From: the human T2T-CHM13v2.0 reference genome, Homo sapiens
Reading direction: 5' to 3' (one strand)
DNA: 64,000 nucleotides
NCBI RefSeq assembly: GCF_009914755.1
Contig: NC_060929.1
Shown here: positions 12,001 through 25,662 of the stretch, one piece after another
Numbering within the stretch: the stretch's first letter is position 1
How the letters are laid out: each line of letters starts with the position of its first letter
Translations under genes and position numbers: made by a program
The notes under the pieces: generated by a model
The model's database searches: none
Seen by the model: the letters and a program-made list of their open reading frames with translations, nothing else
Told to the model about the DNA's origin: nothing

Positions 12001-15000
12001 TAATCTGAAGATATTTCCTTTTTCACAATAGGCCTCAATGGGCTCCCAAATATATACCTTGGCAGATTTTTCCAAAACAATGTTTTCCAACTGCTCAATC
12101 ACCAGAATGTTTTAACACTGTAAGTCGAATGCACACATCATAAAACAGTTTCGAGAAAGCTTCTTTCTAGTATTTATCTGAAGATATTTCTTTTTCACCA
12201 TAAGCCCCAATGCACTCCAAAATACCCCTTCGCAGATTCTACAAAAACAGTGTTTCCAAACTCCTCCATCAAAAGAAAGGTTTAACTCTGTGAGAAGAAG
12301 GCACTCATCACAAAGAAGTTTCTCAGAAAGCTTCTTTCTAGTTTTTTCTGAAGATATTTAGTTTTTGAATATAGGCCTCAAAGTGCTCCCAAATATCCTT
12401 AGGCAGATTCTACAAAAACAGTGTTGCCAAACTGCTCAATGAAATGAAAGTTTTATCACTATGAGATGAATGCACTCATCAGAAAGCAGTTTCTCAGAAT
12501 GCTTCTTTCTATTTTTTATCCGAAGATATTTACTTTTTCACCATAGGCCTCAATACACTCCCAAATATCCCTTCATAGATACTTCCAAAAGAGTGTTTCA
12601 AAACTGCTCAATTAAAAGAAAGTTTTACCTTTGTGCGATGAATACACATATCACAAAGCCGTTTTTCAGAAAGCTTCTTTCTGGTTTTTCCCTGAAGGTA
12701 TTTCCTTTTTCACAATAGACCTCAATATGCTCCCATATATCCCTTTGCAGATTCTACCTAAACAGTGTTTCAAAACTACTGAATCAAAATAAAGTTTTAA
12801 CACAGAGAAATGAATGCACACATCACAAAGCAGTTTCCCAGAAAGCTTCTTTCTAGTTTTTATCTGAAGATGTTTTGTTTTTCACCCTAGGCCTCAAAGC
12901 ATTCCAAAAATCCCTTCTTAGATTCTATAAAAACACAGTTGCCAAACTGCTCAATCTAAAGAAAGGTTTAACCTGGTGAGATGAATGCACTCATCACAAA
13001 GCAGTCTCTTAGAAAGCTTCTTCCTAATTTTTATCTGAAGATATTTCCTTTTTCACCATGTGCCTCAATGCATTCTCAAATATCCCTTCACAGATTCTAC
13101 CAAAAGAATGTTTCCAAACTGTGCAATCAAAAGAAAAGTTTAGTTCTGTGAGATGAATGCAGACATCACAAAGCAGTTTCCCAGAATGCTTCTTTCTAGT
13201 TTTTTTCTGAAGATATTTCCTTCTTCACCACAGACCTCTATCCCCTCCCAAACAACCCTTCTCAGATTCCACAAAAACATTGTTTCCCAACTGCTCAATC
13301 AAAAGAATGTTTAAACTCCATGAGATGATTGCCAACATCACAAAGCAGTTTCTGAGAATGTTTCTTTCCAGTTTTTCTCTGAAGATATTTCCTTTTTCAA
13401 TGTAGGCCTCAACGTGCTCCCATATATGCTTACATAGATTCTACAAAAATAGTGTTTCTAAACTGCTCAATCAAAAGTGAAGTTAAACTCTGTGAGAAGA
13501 CTTCACACATCACAAAGCAGTTTCCCAGAGAGCTTCTTTCTAGTTTTTGTCTGAAAATATTTCCTTTTTCACCATAGGCCTCAGTGCCCTCCAAATATCC
13601 CTTCTCAGATTGTACCCAAACAGTGTTTCCAAACTGCCCAATCAAAACAATAGTTTAAATCTCTGAGAAGAATGCACTCATCACAAAGCAGTTTCAGAGA
13701 ATTCTTCTTTCTAGTATTTATGTGAAGATATTTCCTTTTTCACCGTAAGCCTCAATGCTCTCCCAAATGTCCCATTGCAGTTTCTACAAAAACAGTGTTG
13801 TCAAACTGCTCAATCAAAAGAAAGTTTTAACTCTGTAAGAAGAATGCACTCGTCATCAAGCAGATTCTCAGAAAGCTTCTGTCTAGTTTTTATCTGAAGA
13901 TATTTCCTTTTTCACCATAGGCCTCAATGCACTCCCAAACACACCTTTGCAGATTCTACAAAAACCGTGTTTACAATCTGCTCAATCAAAAGACAGTTCT
14001 AACTGTATTTGATGAATGTACACCTCACAAAGCAGTTTTTCAGAATTCTTCTTCCTAATTTTATCTGAAGTTCCTTCCTATTTCACCATAGTCCTTGAGG
14101 TGTTTCCAAATATCTCTTCACAGATTCTACAAAAACTGTGTTTCCAAACTGCTCAATCAAAAGCGAGGTTAAGCTCTGTGAGAAGAATGCACACATCACA
14201 CAGCAGTTTCCGAGAAAGCTTCTTTCTAGTATTTGTCTGAAGTTATTTCCTTTTTCACCATTGGCCTCAAAGCACCCAAAATATCCCTTCTCAGATTCTA
14301 CAAAAACAGTGTTGCAAAGCTGCTCAATAAAAATGAAGTTTTAACACAGAGAGATGAATGCACACATAACAAAGCAGTTTCCCAGAAAGTTTCTTTCCAG
14401 TTTTTCTCTGAAGATATTTCCTTTTTCACCATAGCCCACAATGCAATTCCAAATATCTGTTTGCAGATCCTGCCAAAACATTGTTTCCAAACTGCTCAAG
14501 CAAAAGAAAGCTTGAGCTTTCTTTTCACAAAGCAGTTTATCAGAAAGCTTCTTTCTAGTTTTTATCTGAAGATACTTCCTTTTTCACCATAGGTCTCAAT
14601 GCACTTCCAAATAGCCCTTCCCAGATTGTACAAAAATAGTGTTTTCAGACTGCTCAATCAAAAGGAAGTTTTAACTCTGTGAGATGAATGCACACATCAC
14701 AAAGCAGCATGTCAGAAAATTTCCCTCTAGTTTTACTCTGAAGATAGTTTATTTTTCACCCTAGGACTCAAGGTGCTCTCATATATACATTCTCACATTC
14801 TACAAAAACTGAGTTTCCAATCTGCTCAATCAAAAGAAAGTTTAACTGTGTTAGAAGAATGCACACATCACAAAGCGGTTTCTGAGAAAGCGTTTTTCTA
14901 ATTTTTCTCAGAAGATACTTCGTTTTTCACCATAGACCTCAATGCCCTCCCAAATATCTCTTCACAGATTCTATAAAACCAGTGTTTCTACACTGCTCAA

Positions 15001-18000
15001 TTAATAGAAAGGTTTAACTCCGTGACATGAATGCATGCCTCACAAAGCAGTTTCTGAGAAACATTCCTTCTGGTTCTTATGTGAAAATATTTTGTTTTTT
15101 ACCATAGGCCTCAAATCACTCCCAAATATCCCTTTGCAGATTCTATAAAAACACTGTTGCCAAACTGCTCAATCAAAAGAATGATTTAGCTGTGTGAGAG
15201 GAGTGTACACATCACAAAGCAGTTTCTCTGAAAGTGTCTTTCTAGTTTTTATCTGAAGATATTTCCTTTTTCACCATAGGCCAGAAAGTGCTCCAAAATA
15301 TCCCTTCGCAGATTCTACCAAAACAGGGCTTCCAAACTGCTTAATCAAAGGAAAGGTTTAACACTGTGGGATGAATTCTCACATCACAAAGCAGTTTCTG
15401 AGAAAGCTTCTTTCTAGATTTTATCTGAAGATATTTCATTTTTCACCATATGCCTCAAAGCACTTCCACATATCCCTTCTCAGATTCTACAAAAACACTG
15501 TTCCCAAATTGCTCAATGAAAATAAATGTTGAACTCTGTGAGTTGAATGCACTCATCACAAAGCAGTTTCCTGGAAAGCTTCTTTCCAGTTTTTATATGA
15601 AGATATTTCCTTTTTCACCATAAGCCACAATGCACTTCCAAATATCCCTTCACAGATTCTACCAAAACCGTGTTTCCAAAGTGCTCAATGAAAAGAAAAA
15701 TTTACCTGTGCAGGATGAATTCACACATCAGAAAGTAGTTTCTCAGAAAGCTTCTTTCTAGTTTTTCTCTGATGACATTTCCTTCTTCACCATAGGCCTC
15801 AAAGTACTCCCATACATCTCTTCATAGAATCTAAAATAAACAGTATTTCCAAACTGCTCAATGAAAAGAAAGATTTAACTCTGTGAGAAGAATGCACACA
15901 TCACAAAACGGTTTTTATCTGAAGATATTTACTTTTTCACCATAGGCCTCAAATTGCTCCCAAATACACCTCTGCAGATTTTACAAAAACAGGGTCTCCA
16001 AACTGCTTGATCAAAAGAAAGGTTTAACTCTGTGAAATGAAGGCACACATGACAAAGCAGTTTCCTAGAAAGATTCTTTCTAATTTTTATCTGAAGATAT
16101 TTCCTTTTTCACCATAGGCCTCAAAGCACACCGAAATATCCCTTAACACATTCAACCAAAACAGTGTTTTCAAACGCTCAACCAAAAATAAGGTTTAACT
16201 CTTTGAGAACAGAGCACACATCACAAAGTGGTTTCTGAGAAACCTTCTTCTAGTTTTTATCTGAAGGTAGTTCCTTTCTTACCATAGTCCTCAATGCACT
16301 CAAAAATATACCTTCACAGATACTTCCAAAACAGTGTTTCAATATTTCAATACTGCTCAATAACAAGAAATTTTTAACTCTGAGAGATGAATGCACACAA
16401 CACAAAGCTGTTTCCCAGAAAACTTCTTTCTAGTTTTTATCTGAAGATATTTCCTTTTTCACCATAGGGCTAAATGCACTCTCAAATATCCTTTTCAGAT
16501 TCTATAAAACAAGTGTTGCCAAACTGCTCAATCAAAAGTATGGTTTAACTCTGTTAGATAAATGAAATGACTCCAAGGCAGTTTCTCAGAAAGCTTCTTT
16601 CTAATTTTCATCTGAAGAGATTTCCTTTTTCACCTTAGGCCTCAAAGTGCTCCAAAATATCTCTTCTCAGATTCTACAAAAACAGTGTTTCCAAATTGCT
16701 AAATCAAAAGAAAAGTTTAAATCTGTGAGAAGAATGCACACATCATAAAGCCATTTCTGAGAAAGCTTCTTTCTACTTTTTATCTGAGGATATTTCCTTT
16801 TTCACTATAGGCCTCAATGTTCCCCCAAACATCTCTTCGTAGATTCTTCAAAAACAGTGTTTCCACACTGCTCAATCAAAAGAAAGGATTAACTCAGTGA
16901 GATGAATGCTCTCATCACAAAGCAGTTTCCCAGACTGCTTCTTTCGATTTGATATCTGAAGATATTTCCTTTTTCATCATAGTCCTCAATGTGCTCCCTC
17001 ATATCCCTTGGAAGATTGCACAAAACAGTGTTTCCAGACTGCTCAATCAAAAGAAAGTTTTAACTTTGTTAGATGAATGCACATCTCACAAAGCAGGATG
17101 TCAGAAAGATTCTTTCTAGTTTTACTCTGAAGATATTTCCTTTTTCACTGTAGGCCTCAATGCACTCTCATATATCCCTTCTCAGATTCTAAAAAAAAAA
17201 AGTTTTCCAATCTGCTCAATCAAAAGAAAAGTTTAGCTCTGTGAGAAGAATGCACACATCACAAAACGGTTTCTGAGAAAGCTTCTTTCTAGTTTTTCTT
17301 GGAAGATACTTCGTTTTTCACCATAGGCCTCAATGCACTCCAAAATAACTCCTCACAGATTCCACAAAAACAGTGTTTCCACACTGCTCAATTAAAAGAA
17401 AAGTTTAACTCTTTGAGATGAATGCACACATCACAAAGCAGTTTCCCAGAAACCTTCTTTCTAGTTTTTATCTGAAGATATTTCATTTTTCACCATAGGC
17501 CTCAAAGGGCTCCAAAATATTCCTTCTCAGATTCCACAGAAACACTTTTGGCAAACTGCTCAATCAAAAGAAAGGTTTAACTCTGTGAAGAGTGTACTCA
17601 TCACAAAACAGTTTCTCAGAAAGCTTCTTTCTAGTTTTTATCTGATGATATTTTCTTTTTCACCATAACCATGGAAGCACTCCCAAATATCCCTTCACAG
17701 AACCTACCAAAACAGTGTTTCCAAGCTGCTCAACCAAAGAAAGGTTTAACCCTGTGAGATGAATGCTCACATCACAAAACCATTTCTGAGAAAGCTTATT
17801 TCTAGTTTCTATCTTTAGATATTTTGTTTTTTACCATATGCCTCAAAGTGCTTCCAAATATCCCTTCTCTGATTCTACAAAACACTGTTACCAAACTTCT
17901 CAATGAATAGAAATGTTTAACTCTGTGAGATGAATGCACTCATCACAAAGCAGTTTCCCAGAAAGCTTCTTTATAGTTATGATCTGAAGATATTTCCTTT

Positions 18001-21000
18001 TTCACCACAGGCCACAATGCACTTCAAACTATCCCTTCACAGATTCTACCAAAACAGTGTTTCCAAAGTGCTTAGTCAACAGAAAGGTTTAACTCTGTGA
18101 GATAAATGCACTTATCACAAAGCAGTTACAGAAAAAACTTACTTCTAGTTATTATCCGAAGATATTTCCTTTTTCACTATATACCACAATGCATTTCCAA
18201 ATATCCCTTCACAGATTCTAACTAAATAGTGTTTCCAAACTGCTCAAAGAAAGGAAGGGTTTAACACTCTGAGCCGAATGCAGACATCACACAACGGTTT
18301 CTGAGAAAGCTTCTTGCTAGTTTTTCTCTGAAGTTATTGCCTTTTTCACAATAGGCCTAAATGTGTTCCAAAATATCTCTTTGCAGTTTCTATCAAAACG
18401 TGTTTCCACACTGCTCATCAAAAGAAAGGTTTAAGTCTGTGAGATGAATGCAGACATCACAATGCAGTTTCCCAGAAAGCTTCTTTCTATTTCTTATCTG
18501 AAGATATTTCATTTTTCACCATAGGCCTCAAAGGCCTCCCAAATATCCCTTCACAGATTCTATAAAAACTCTGTTGCCAAACTGATCAATCAAAAGAAAG
18601 AAAGGTTTAACTCTGTGAGATGAATGTACTTACCACAAAGCAGTTTCTCAGAAAATTTCTTTCTAGTTTTTATTAGAAGAAATTGCCTTTTTCACCATAG
18701 GCCTGAAAGGGTTCCCAAATATCCCTTCGTACATTCTACCAAAACAGTGTTTCCAAACTGCTCAATCAAAAGAAAGTTTTAACTCTGTGAGATGAATGCA
18801 CACATCACAAAGCTGTTTCTCAGAGAGCTTCTTTCTAATATTTCTAAGAAGATAGTTCCTTTTTCGCTGTAAGCCTCAAAACGCTCCCATATGTCCCTTT
18901 GAAGATTCTACAAAAGCAGTGTTTCCAGACTGCTCAATCAAAAGGAAAGATTATCTCTGTTAGAAGATTGCACACATCACAAAGCAGTTTCTCAGAAAGC
19001 TTCTATTTTTTCTCTGAAAATACTTCCTTTTTCTCTGTAGGCCTCAATGAGCTCCAAAAAGTCCCTTTGAATATTATACAAAGTGTTTGCAAACTGCTCA
19101 ATCAAATGATAAGTTTAACTCTGTGAGAAGAATGAACACATCACAAAACGGTTTCTGAGAAAGCTTCTTTCTAGTTTTTCTCTGAAGATATTTCCTTTCT
19201 CACCATAGGCCTCAATGTGCTCCAAAATGTACCTTCGAAGATTCTACAAAAACAGTGTTTCCAAACTGCTCAATCAAAAGAAAGGTTTAACTCTGTGAAA
19301 ACAATGCACTCATCACAAAGCAGTTTCAGAGAACGTTTCTTTCTACTTTTTTCTGAAGATATTTTCTTTTTCACCATAGGCCTCAAAGCGCTCCCAAATA
19401 TCCCTTCACAGATTCTTTAAAACCAGTGTTGCCAAACTGCTCACTCAAAAGAAACGTTTAACTGTGTGAGACGAATGGACTCATTCCAAGGAGTTTCTCA
19501 GAAAGCTTCTTTCTATTTTTTTATCTGAAGATATTCCATTTTTCATCATAGGCCTCAAAGTGCCTCCTACTGTCCCTTCTCAGATTCTAAAAACACACTG
19601 TGGACAAACTGCTTAATCAAAAGAGAGGTTTAACTCTGTGAGATGTATGTACACATCACAAAGCAGTTTCTCAGAAGGCTTCTTTCTAGTTTTTCTCTGA
19701 ATGTAGTTCCTTTTTCACCCTAGTCTCTCCCAAATACCCTTTCACAGATTCTGTGAAAACACTTTTCCCAAACTACTCAATCAAATTAAGGTTTCATTCT
19801 GTGTGATTAATGCACACTTCAAAAAGCAGTTTCTCCAAAAGCTGTTTCTAGTTTTTTCTGAAGACATTCCCTTTTTCTCCTTAGACCTCAAAGCACTCCA
19901 AAATATCCGTTTGCAGATACTATAAAGCCAGTGTTGCCAAACTGCTCAGTCAAAAGAAATGTTTAACTCTATGAGATGAATGCTCTCATTCCAAAGCAGT
20001 TTCTCAGAAAGCTACTTTCTAGTTTGCATTTGAAGATATTTCCTTTTTCACCATAGGCCTAAAAGCACTCTAAAATTTCTCTTCTCATATTCAACACAAA
20101 AATATTTCCACACTCCTCAATTAAAAGAAAGGTTTAACTCTGTGAGATGAATGCACACGTCACAAAAATGTTTCTGAGAAAGCCTCTTTCTAGTTAGTAT
20201 CTGAAGATATTTCCTTTTTCATCATAGGCCTCAATATGCTCCCAAATATCTCTTCACAGATACTTCAAATACAGTGTTTTCAATCTGCTCAATCAAAAGA
20301 AAAGATTAACACTGTGAGAAGAATGCACATGTCACAAAGTGCTTTCTAAGAAACCTTCTTTCTAGTTTTTATCTGAAGACATTTCCTTTTTCACCCTAAG
20401 CCTCAATGCGCTCTGAAATATCTTTTCACAAATTCTACCAAAACAATGTTTCCACACTGCTCAATCAAAAGAAAGGTTTAACTCTGTGAGATGAATGCAC
20501 ACTTCACAAAGCAGCTTCACAGAATGTTTCTTTCCAGTTTTTATCTGCAGATATTTCGTTTTTCACCATAGGCCTGAAAGTGCCCCCAAATATCCCTTCT
20601 CAGATTTTACAAAAACACTGTTGCCAAACTGATCAATCAAAGAAAGGTTTAACTCTGGGTGAAGAATGCTCTTATCTCAAAGCAGTTTCTGAGAAAGCTT
20701 CTTTCTACTTTTTATCTGAAGATATTTCCTTTTTCACCATTGACCTAAAAGAGCTCCCAAATATTCCTTTGCAGATTCTACAGAAACAATGTTTCCAATC
20801 TGGTCAATCAAAAGAAAGGTTTAATTCCATGAAAAGAATGCACTCATCACAAAGCAGTTTCTCAGAAAGCTTCTTTCTAGTTTTTATCTGAAGATATTTC
20901 GTTATTCACCATAAGCCTCAAAGCATCCCAAAATATCCCTTCTTAGATTCTAGAAAAACACTGTTGCCAAACTGCTCAATCCAAAGAAAGGTTTAACTCT

Positions 21001-24000
21001 GTGAGATGAATGAATTAATCACAAAGCAGTTTCTCAGAAAGTTTCTTCCTATTTTTTATCTGAAGATATTTCCTTTTTCACCATAGGCCTCAAAGCACTC
21101 CCAAATATCCCTTCACAGATATTTCCAATACAGTGTTTCCAAACTGCTCAATCAAAAAAAGGGTTTAACTATGTGAGAAGAATAGACACATCACAAAACG
21201 GTTTCTGAGAAAGCTTCTTTCTATTATATATCTGAAGATATTTCATTTTTCATCATAGGACTTAAAGCACTCCAAAATGTCCCCTTGCAGATACTACCAA
21301 CACAGTGTTTCCAAACTGCTCAATCAAAAGAAAGGTTTAACTCTTTGAGATGAATGCTCTCATCACAAGGCAGTTTCTCAGACAGCTTCTTTCTGAAGAT
21401 ATTTCCTTTTCCACCATAGGCCTCAAAGTGCTCCCAAACATCCCTTTGCCGAATCTATAAAGTCAGTGTTGCCAAACTGTTCAATGAAAGGAAAGGTTTA
21501 ATTCTGTGAGATGAATGCACTCATTCCAAAGCAGTTTCTCTGAAAGCTTCTTTCTAGTTTTCTCTGAAGATATTTCATTTTTCACCATAGGCCTCAAAGC
21601 ACTCTCAAATATCCCTTCGCAGATTCTATAAAGCCAGTGTTGCCAAACTCGTCAATCAAAGGAAAGGTTTAACTCTGTGAGATGAATGCACACATCAATA
21701 AACAGTTTCTTAGAAAGCGTCTTTCTAGTTTGTATCTGAGACATTTCCTTTTTCACCTTAGGCCTCAATGTGCTCCCAAATATCTCTTCGTGGATTCTGT
21801 AAAAACAGTGTTTCCAATATGCTCAGTCAAAAGAAAAGTTTAATGCTGTGAGAAGAATGTTCATATCACAAAGTTGTGTCTAAGAAAGCTTCTTTCTAGT
21901 TTTCCTTTTTCACCATAGGCCTCAATGCAGTCTGAAATGTCTCTTCACAGATTCTACAAAAAAGTGTTTCCACACTGCTCAATTAAGAGAAGGATTTAAT
22001 TCTGTGAGATGAATGCACACATCACAGAGCAGTTTCCCAGAAAGCTTCTTTCTAGTTTTTATCTGAAGGTACTCTGTTTTTCACCATAGGTCTCAAAATG
22101 CTCTCAAATATCCCTTAGATTCTACAAAAACACTGTTGCCAAACTGCTCAATCAAAGAAAGATTTAACTCTGTGTGATGAATGCACTCATCTCAAAGTAG
22201 ATTCTCAGAAAACTTCTTTCTACTTTTTATCTGAAGATGTTTCCTTTTTCACCATAGGCATGAAAGAGCTCCAAAATATCCCTTTGAAGATTCTACAAAA
22301 ACATTGTTTCCAAATTGCTCAATCAAAGGAAAGGTTTAACTCTCTGAGAAAAATGTAGTCATCACAAAACAGTTTCTCAGAAAGCTTCTTTTTAGTTTTT
22401 TTCTGAAGATAATTACTTTTTCACCATAGGCTTCAAAGTGCTCCCAAATATCCCTTCAGAGATTCTATAAAACCAGTGTTTCCCAACTGCTCATTCAAAA
22501 GAAAGGCTTAACTCTATGAGGTGAATGTACATATTGCAAAGCAGTTTCCCGGAAATCTTTTTTTCTATTTTTTATCTGAAGATGTTTCTTTTTTCACCAT
22601 ATGCCTCAAATCGTCCCAAATATCCCTTCTCAGGTTCCACAAAAACAGTGTTGCCAAACAGCCCAATCAAAGGAAAGTTTAACTCTGTGAGATGAATGCA
22701 GTCATCACAGAACTGTTTCTCAGGAACCTTCTTTCTAGTTTTTATCTGAATATATTTCCTTTTTCACCACAGGCCACAAGCGCTCCAAAATGTCCCATCG
22801 CAGATTCCACATAAACAGTGTTTCAAAACGGCTCAATTGAAAGAAAGGTTTAACTCTGGGAGATGAATGCAATCATCACAAAGCAGTTTCTCAGACAGTT
22901 TCTTTCTATTTGTTTTCTAAAGACACTTCCTTTTTCAGCATAGGCCTCAAAGCGATCTCAAATATCCCTCTGCAGATTGCCTAAAACTGCAGATTGTTGC
23001 CAAACTGCTCAATCAATAAAAAGGTCTAACTCTGTGAGATGAATGCACTCATTCCCAAGATGACAGTTTCTCAGAAAGCTTCTATCTACTTTTCATCTGA
23101 AGAAATTTGCTTTTTCAACATAGGCTGCAAAGCACTCCGAAATATCCCTTCTCAGATTCTTCAAAAACAGTATTTCCAAACTGCTCCATCAAAAGGAATG
23201 TTTAACTCTGTGAGAAGAATGCATACATCACAAAGTGGTTTCTGAGAAAGCTTCTTTCTAGTTTTAATCTGAAGGTATTTCCTTTTTCACCATAGGCCTC
23301 AATGTGCTCCAAAATATCTCTTCACAGATACTACACATACAGTGTTTCCAATCTGCTCAATCAAAAGAAAAGATTAATGCTGTGAGAAGGATGCACACAT
23401 CACAAAGCAATTTCTGAGAAAGCTTCTTTCTAGTTTTTATCTGAAGATATTTCATTTTTCTCTATGGGCCTCAATGCGCTCTGAAATATCTCTTCGCAGT
23501 TTCTAACAAAAGAGTGTTTCCACACTGCACAATCAAATGAAAGGGTTAACTCTGTGAGATGAAGGCACACTCCACAGGGCAGTTTCCCAGAATGTTTCTT
23601 TCTAGTTTTTATCTGAAGATATTTCGTTTTTCACCATGGACCTGAAAGTGCTCCCAAATATCCTTTCTCAGATTCTACAAAAACACTGTTGCCAAGTGGC
23701 CCAATCAAAGAAAGGTTTTACTCTGTGTGAAGAATGCACTCATCTCAAAGCAGTTTCTCAGAAAGCTTCCCTGTACTTTTTCTCTGAAGATATTTCCTTT
23801 TACACCATAGGCCTCAATACACTCCAAAATATCCCTTCACTGATTCTACCAAAACATTGTTTCCAATCTGCTCAATCAAAAGAAAGGTTTAACTCTGTGA
23901 GATGAATGCACACATCACAAAGTAATTTCTCTGAAAGCTTCTATTCTAATTTTTCTCTGAAGATATTTCCTTTTTCACCATAGGCATCAATGCCCTCCCA

Positions 24001-25244
24001 TATATCCCTCAGTGGATTCTACCAAAACAGTGTTTCCAGACTGCTCCATCAAAAGAAAGTTTTAACCCTGTTAGAAGAATTTACACATTATGAAGTTGTT
24101 TCTCAGAAAGCTTCTTTCTTGTTTTCTGTGAAGATATTTCCTTTTTCACTCTGTGCCTCAATCTGCTCTGATATATCCATTTTCAGACACTACAAAAACA
24201 GTATTTACAAACTTCTCACTCAAAAGGAAGGTATAACTCTGTGAGAAGAATGCACACATCACAAAATAGTTTCTGAGAAAGCTTATTTCCAGTTTTTATC
24301 TGAAGATATTTCCTTTTGCAACATATGCTTAAATGGGCTCCCAAATAACCCTCTGCAGATTCTACAACAACAGTGTTTCCAAACTGCTCAATCAAAAGAA
24401 AGGTTTATCTCTGTGAGATGAATGCAAACCTCACAAAGCAGTTTCCCAGAATGCTTCTTTCTAGTTTTCTTCTGATGATATTTGCTTTTTCACCATTGGC
24501 CTCAAAGCGCTCCCTAATATCCCCTCACAGATTCTACCAAAACAGTGTTTCCAAACTGCTCAATCAAAAGTAGGGCTTAACTCTTTGAGAAGAATGCACA
24601 CATCACCGAGCAGTTTCTGAGAAAGCTTCTTTCAAATTTTTATCTGAAGATATTTCCTTTTTCACCATAGGCCTCAGTGCACTCCAAAATATCCCTACGC
24701 AGTTACTTCCAAAACAGTGTCACCAAATTGCTCAATGAAAAGCAAGGTGTAACTCTGTGGAGGAATGTTTGCATCACAAAGCAGTTGCCGAGACACCTTC
24801 TTTCTGGTTTTTATCTAAAGATATTTTCTTTTTCATCATATGCCTAAATGCGCTCCCAAGTATCTCTTTCCTGATTCTACCAAAAGAAGGTTTCCACACT
24901 GCTCACTCAAAAGAAAGGCTTAACTCTGTGAGATTAATACACACATCACAAAGCAGTTTCCTCAGAAATCTTCTTTCTAGTTTTAATCTGAGGATATTTC
25001 ATTTTTCACCTTAGGCCTCAAAGTGCTACAAAATATCTCTTCTGAGATTCTACAAAAATACTGTTGCCAAACTGCCCAATCAAAACAAAAGTTTAACTCT
25101 GTGAGGTGAATGTATTCTACACACAGCAGTTTATCAGAAAGCTTCTTTCTACTTTTTATCTGAAGATATTTCCTTTTTCACCATAGGCCTGAAAGTGCTC
25201 CCAAATTTCCCTTTGCAGATTCTACCAAAACAGTGTTTCCAAAC
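1..25244 (-). repeat. Monomeric (non-HOR) divergent alpha satellite, ancient-type with ~172-bp monomers, A-type only (no CENP-B boxes)
   Basis: Tandem monomers read ...ctcccaaatatccctttgcagattctacaaaaacagtgtttccaaactgctcaatcaaaagaaaggtttaactctgtgagatgaatgcacacatcacaaagcagtttctcagaaagcttctttctag..., which is the reverse complement of an alphoid consensus. The gaagatattt anchor falls at 3129, 3301 and 3473 (172-bp steps). Neighbouring monomers differ heavily and no cccg..t....cgaa box was seen. Confidence 0.96.
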
Positions 25245-25262
25245 CTTCCTTTTGAGAGAGCA
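25242..25262. other. Strand-switch (inversion) junction between the monomeric and HOR-type alpha satellite
   Basis: The junction reads ...cagtgtttccaAAC|cttccttttgagagagcagttttgaaac.... The left consensus would continue tgctcaatc, and the right consensus is preceded by gttgAAC. Confidence 0.93.
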
Positions 25263-25662
25263 GTTTTGAAACAGTCTTTTTGTAGTATCTGAAATTGGAT
25301 ATTTAGAGCGACTTGAGTCCTATGATGGAAAAGGGAATATCTTCACATAAAAATTGGACAGAAGCATTCTCAGAAACTTCTTCGTGATATGTGAATTCAC
25401 CTCTTGGAGTGGAACCCTTCTTTTGATAGAGCGGTTTTGAGGCAGTCTTTTATGAAGATCTGCGAGTTCTCATTTCGAGCGCTTTGAAGCCTATGGTGGA
25501 AAAGGAGATATATTCACATAAAAACTGGAAAGAAGCATTCTCAGGAACTTCACTGAGATGTGTGCATTTAACTAACAGAGTTGAATCTGTCTTTAGATAG
25601 ACCAGCATTTAAACACTCCTTTTTGTAGAATCTGCATGTGGATATTTCGAACACTTTGAAGA

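Noticed and set aside
17190-17201. A-runs (also ~1678-1687) as possible retrotransposon tails
   Set aside because: They are slippage expansions of the monomer's own A-tracts, with no TE body or target-site duplication.
843-25014. Short ORFs (66-119 aa) in the monomeric region
   Set aside because: They are chance open frames of alpha satellite. They repeat monomer-derived peptides (EDISFFT, SQILQKQC), have no domains or gene context, and many use non-ATG starts.
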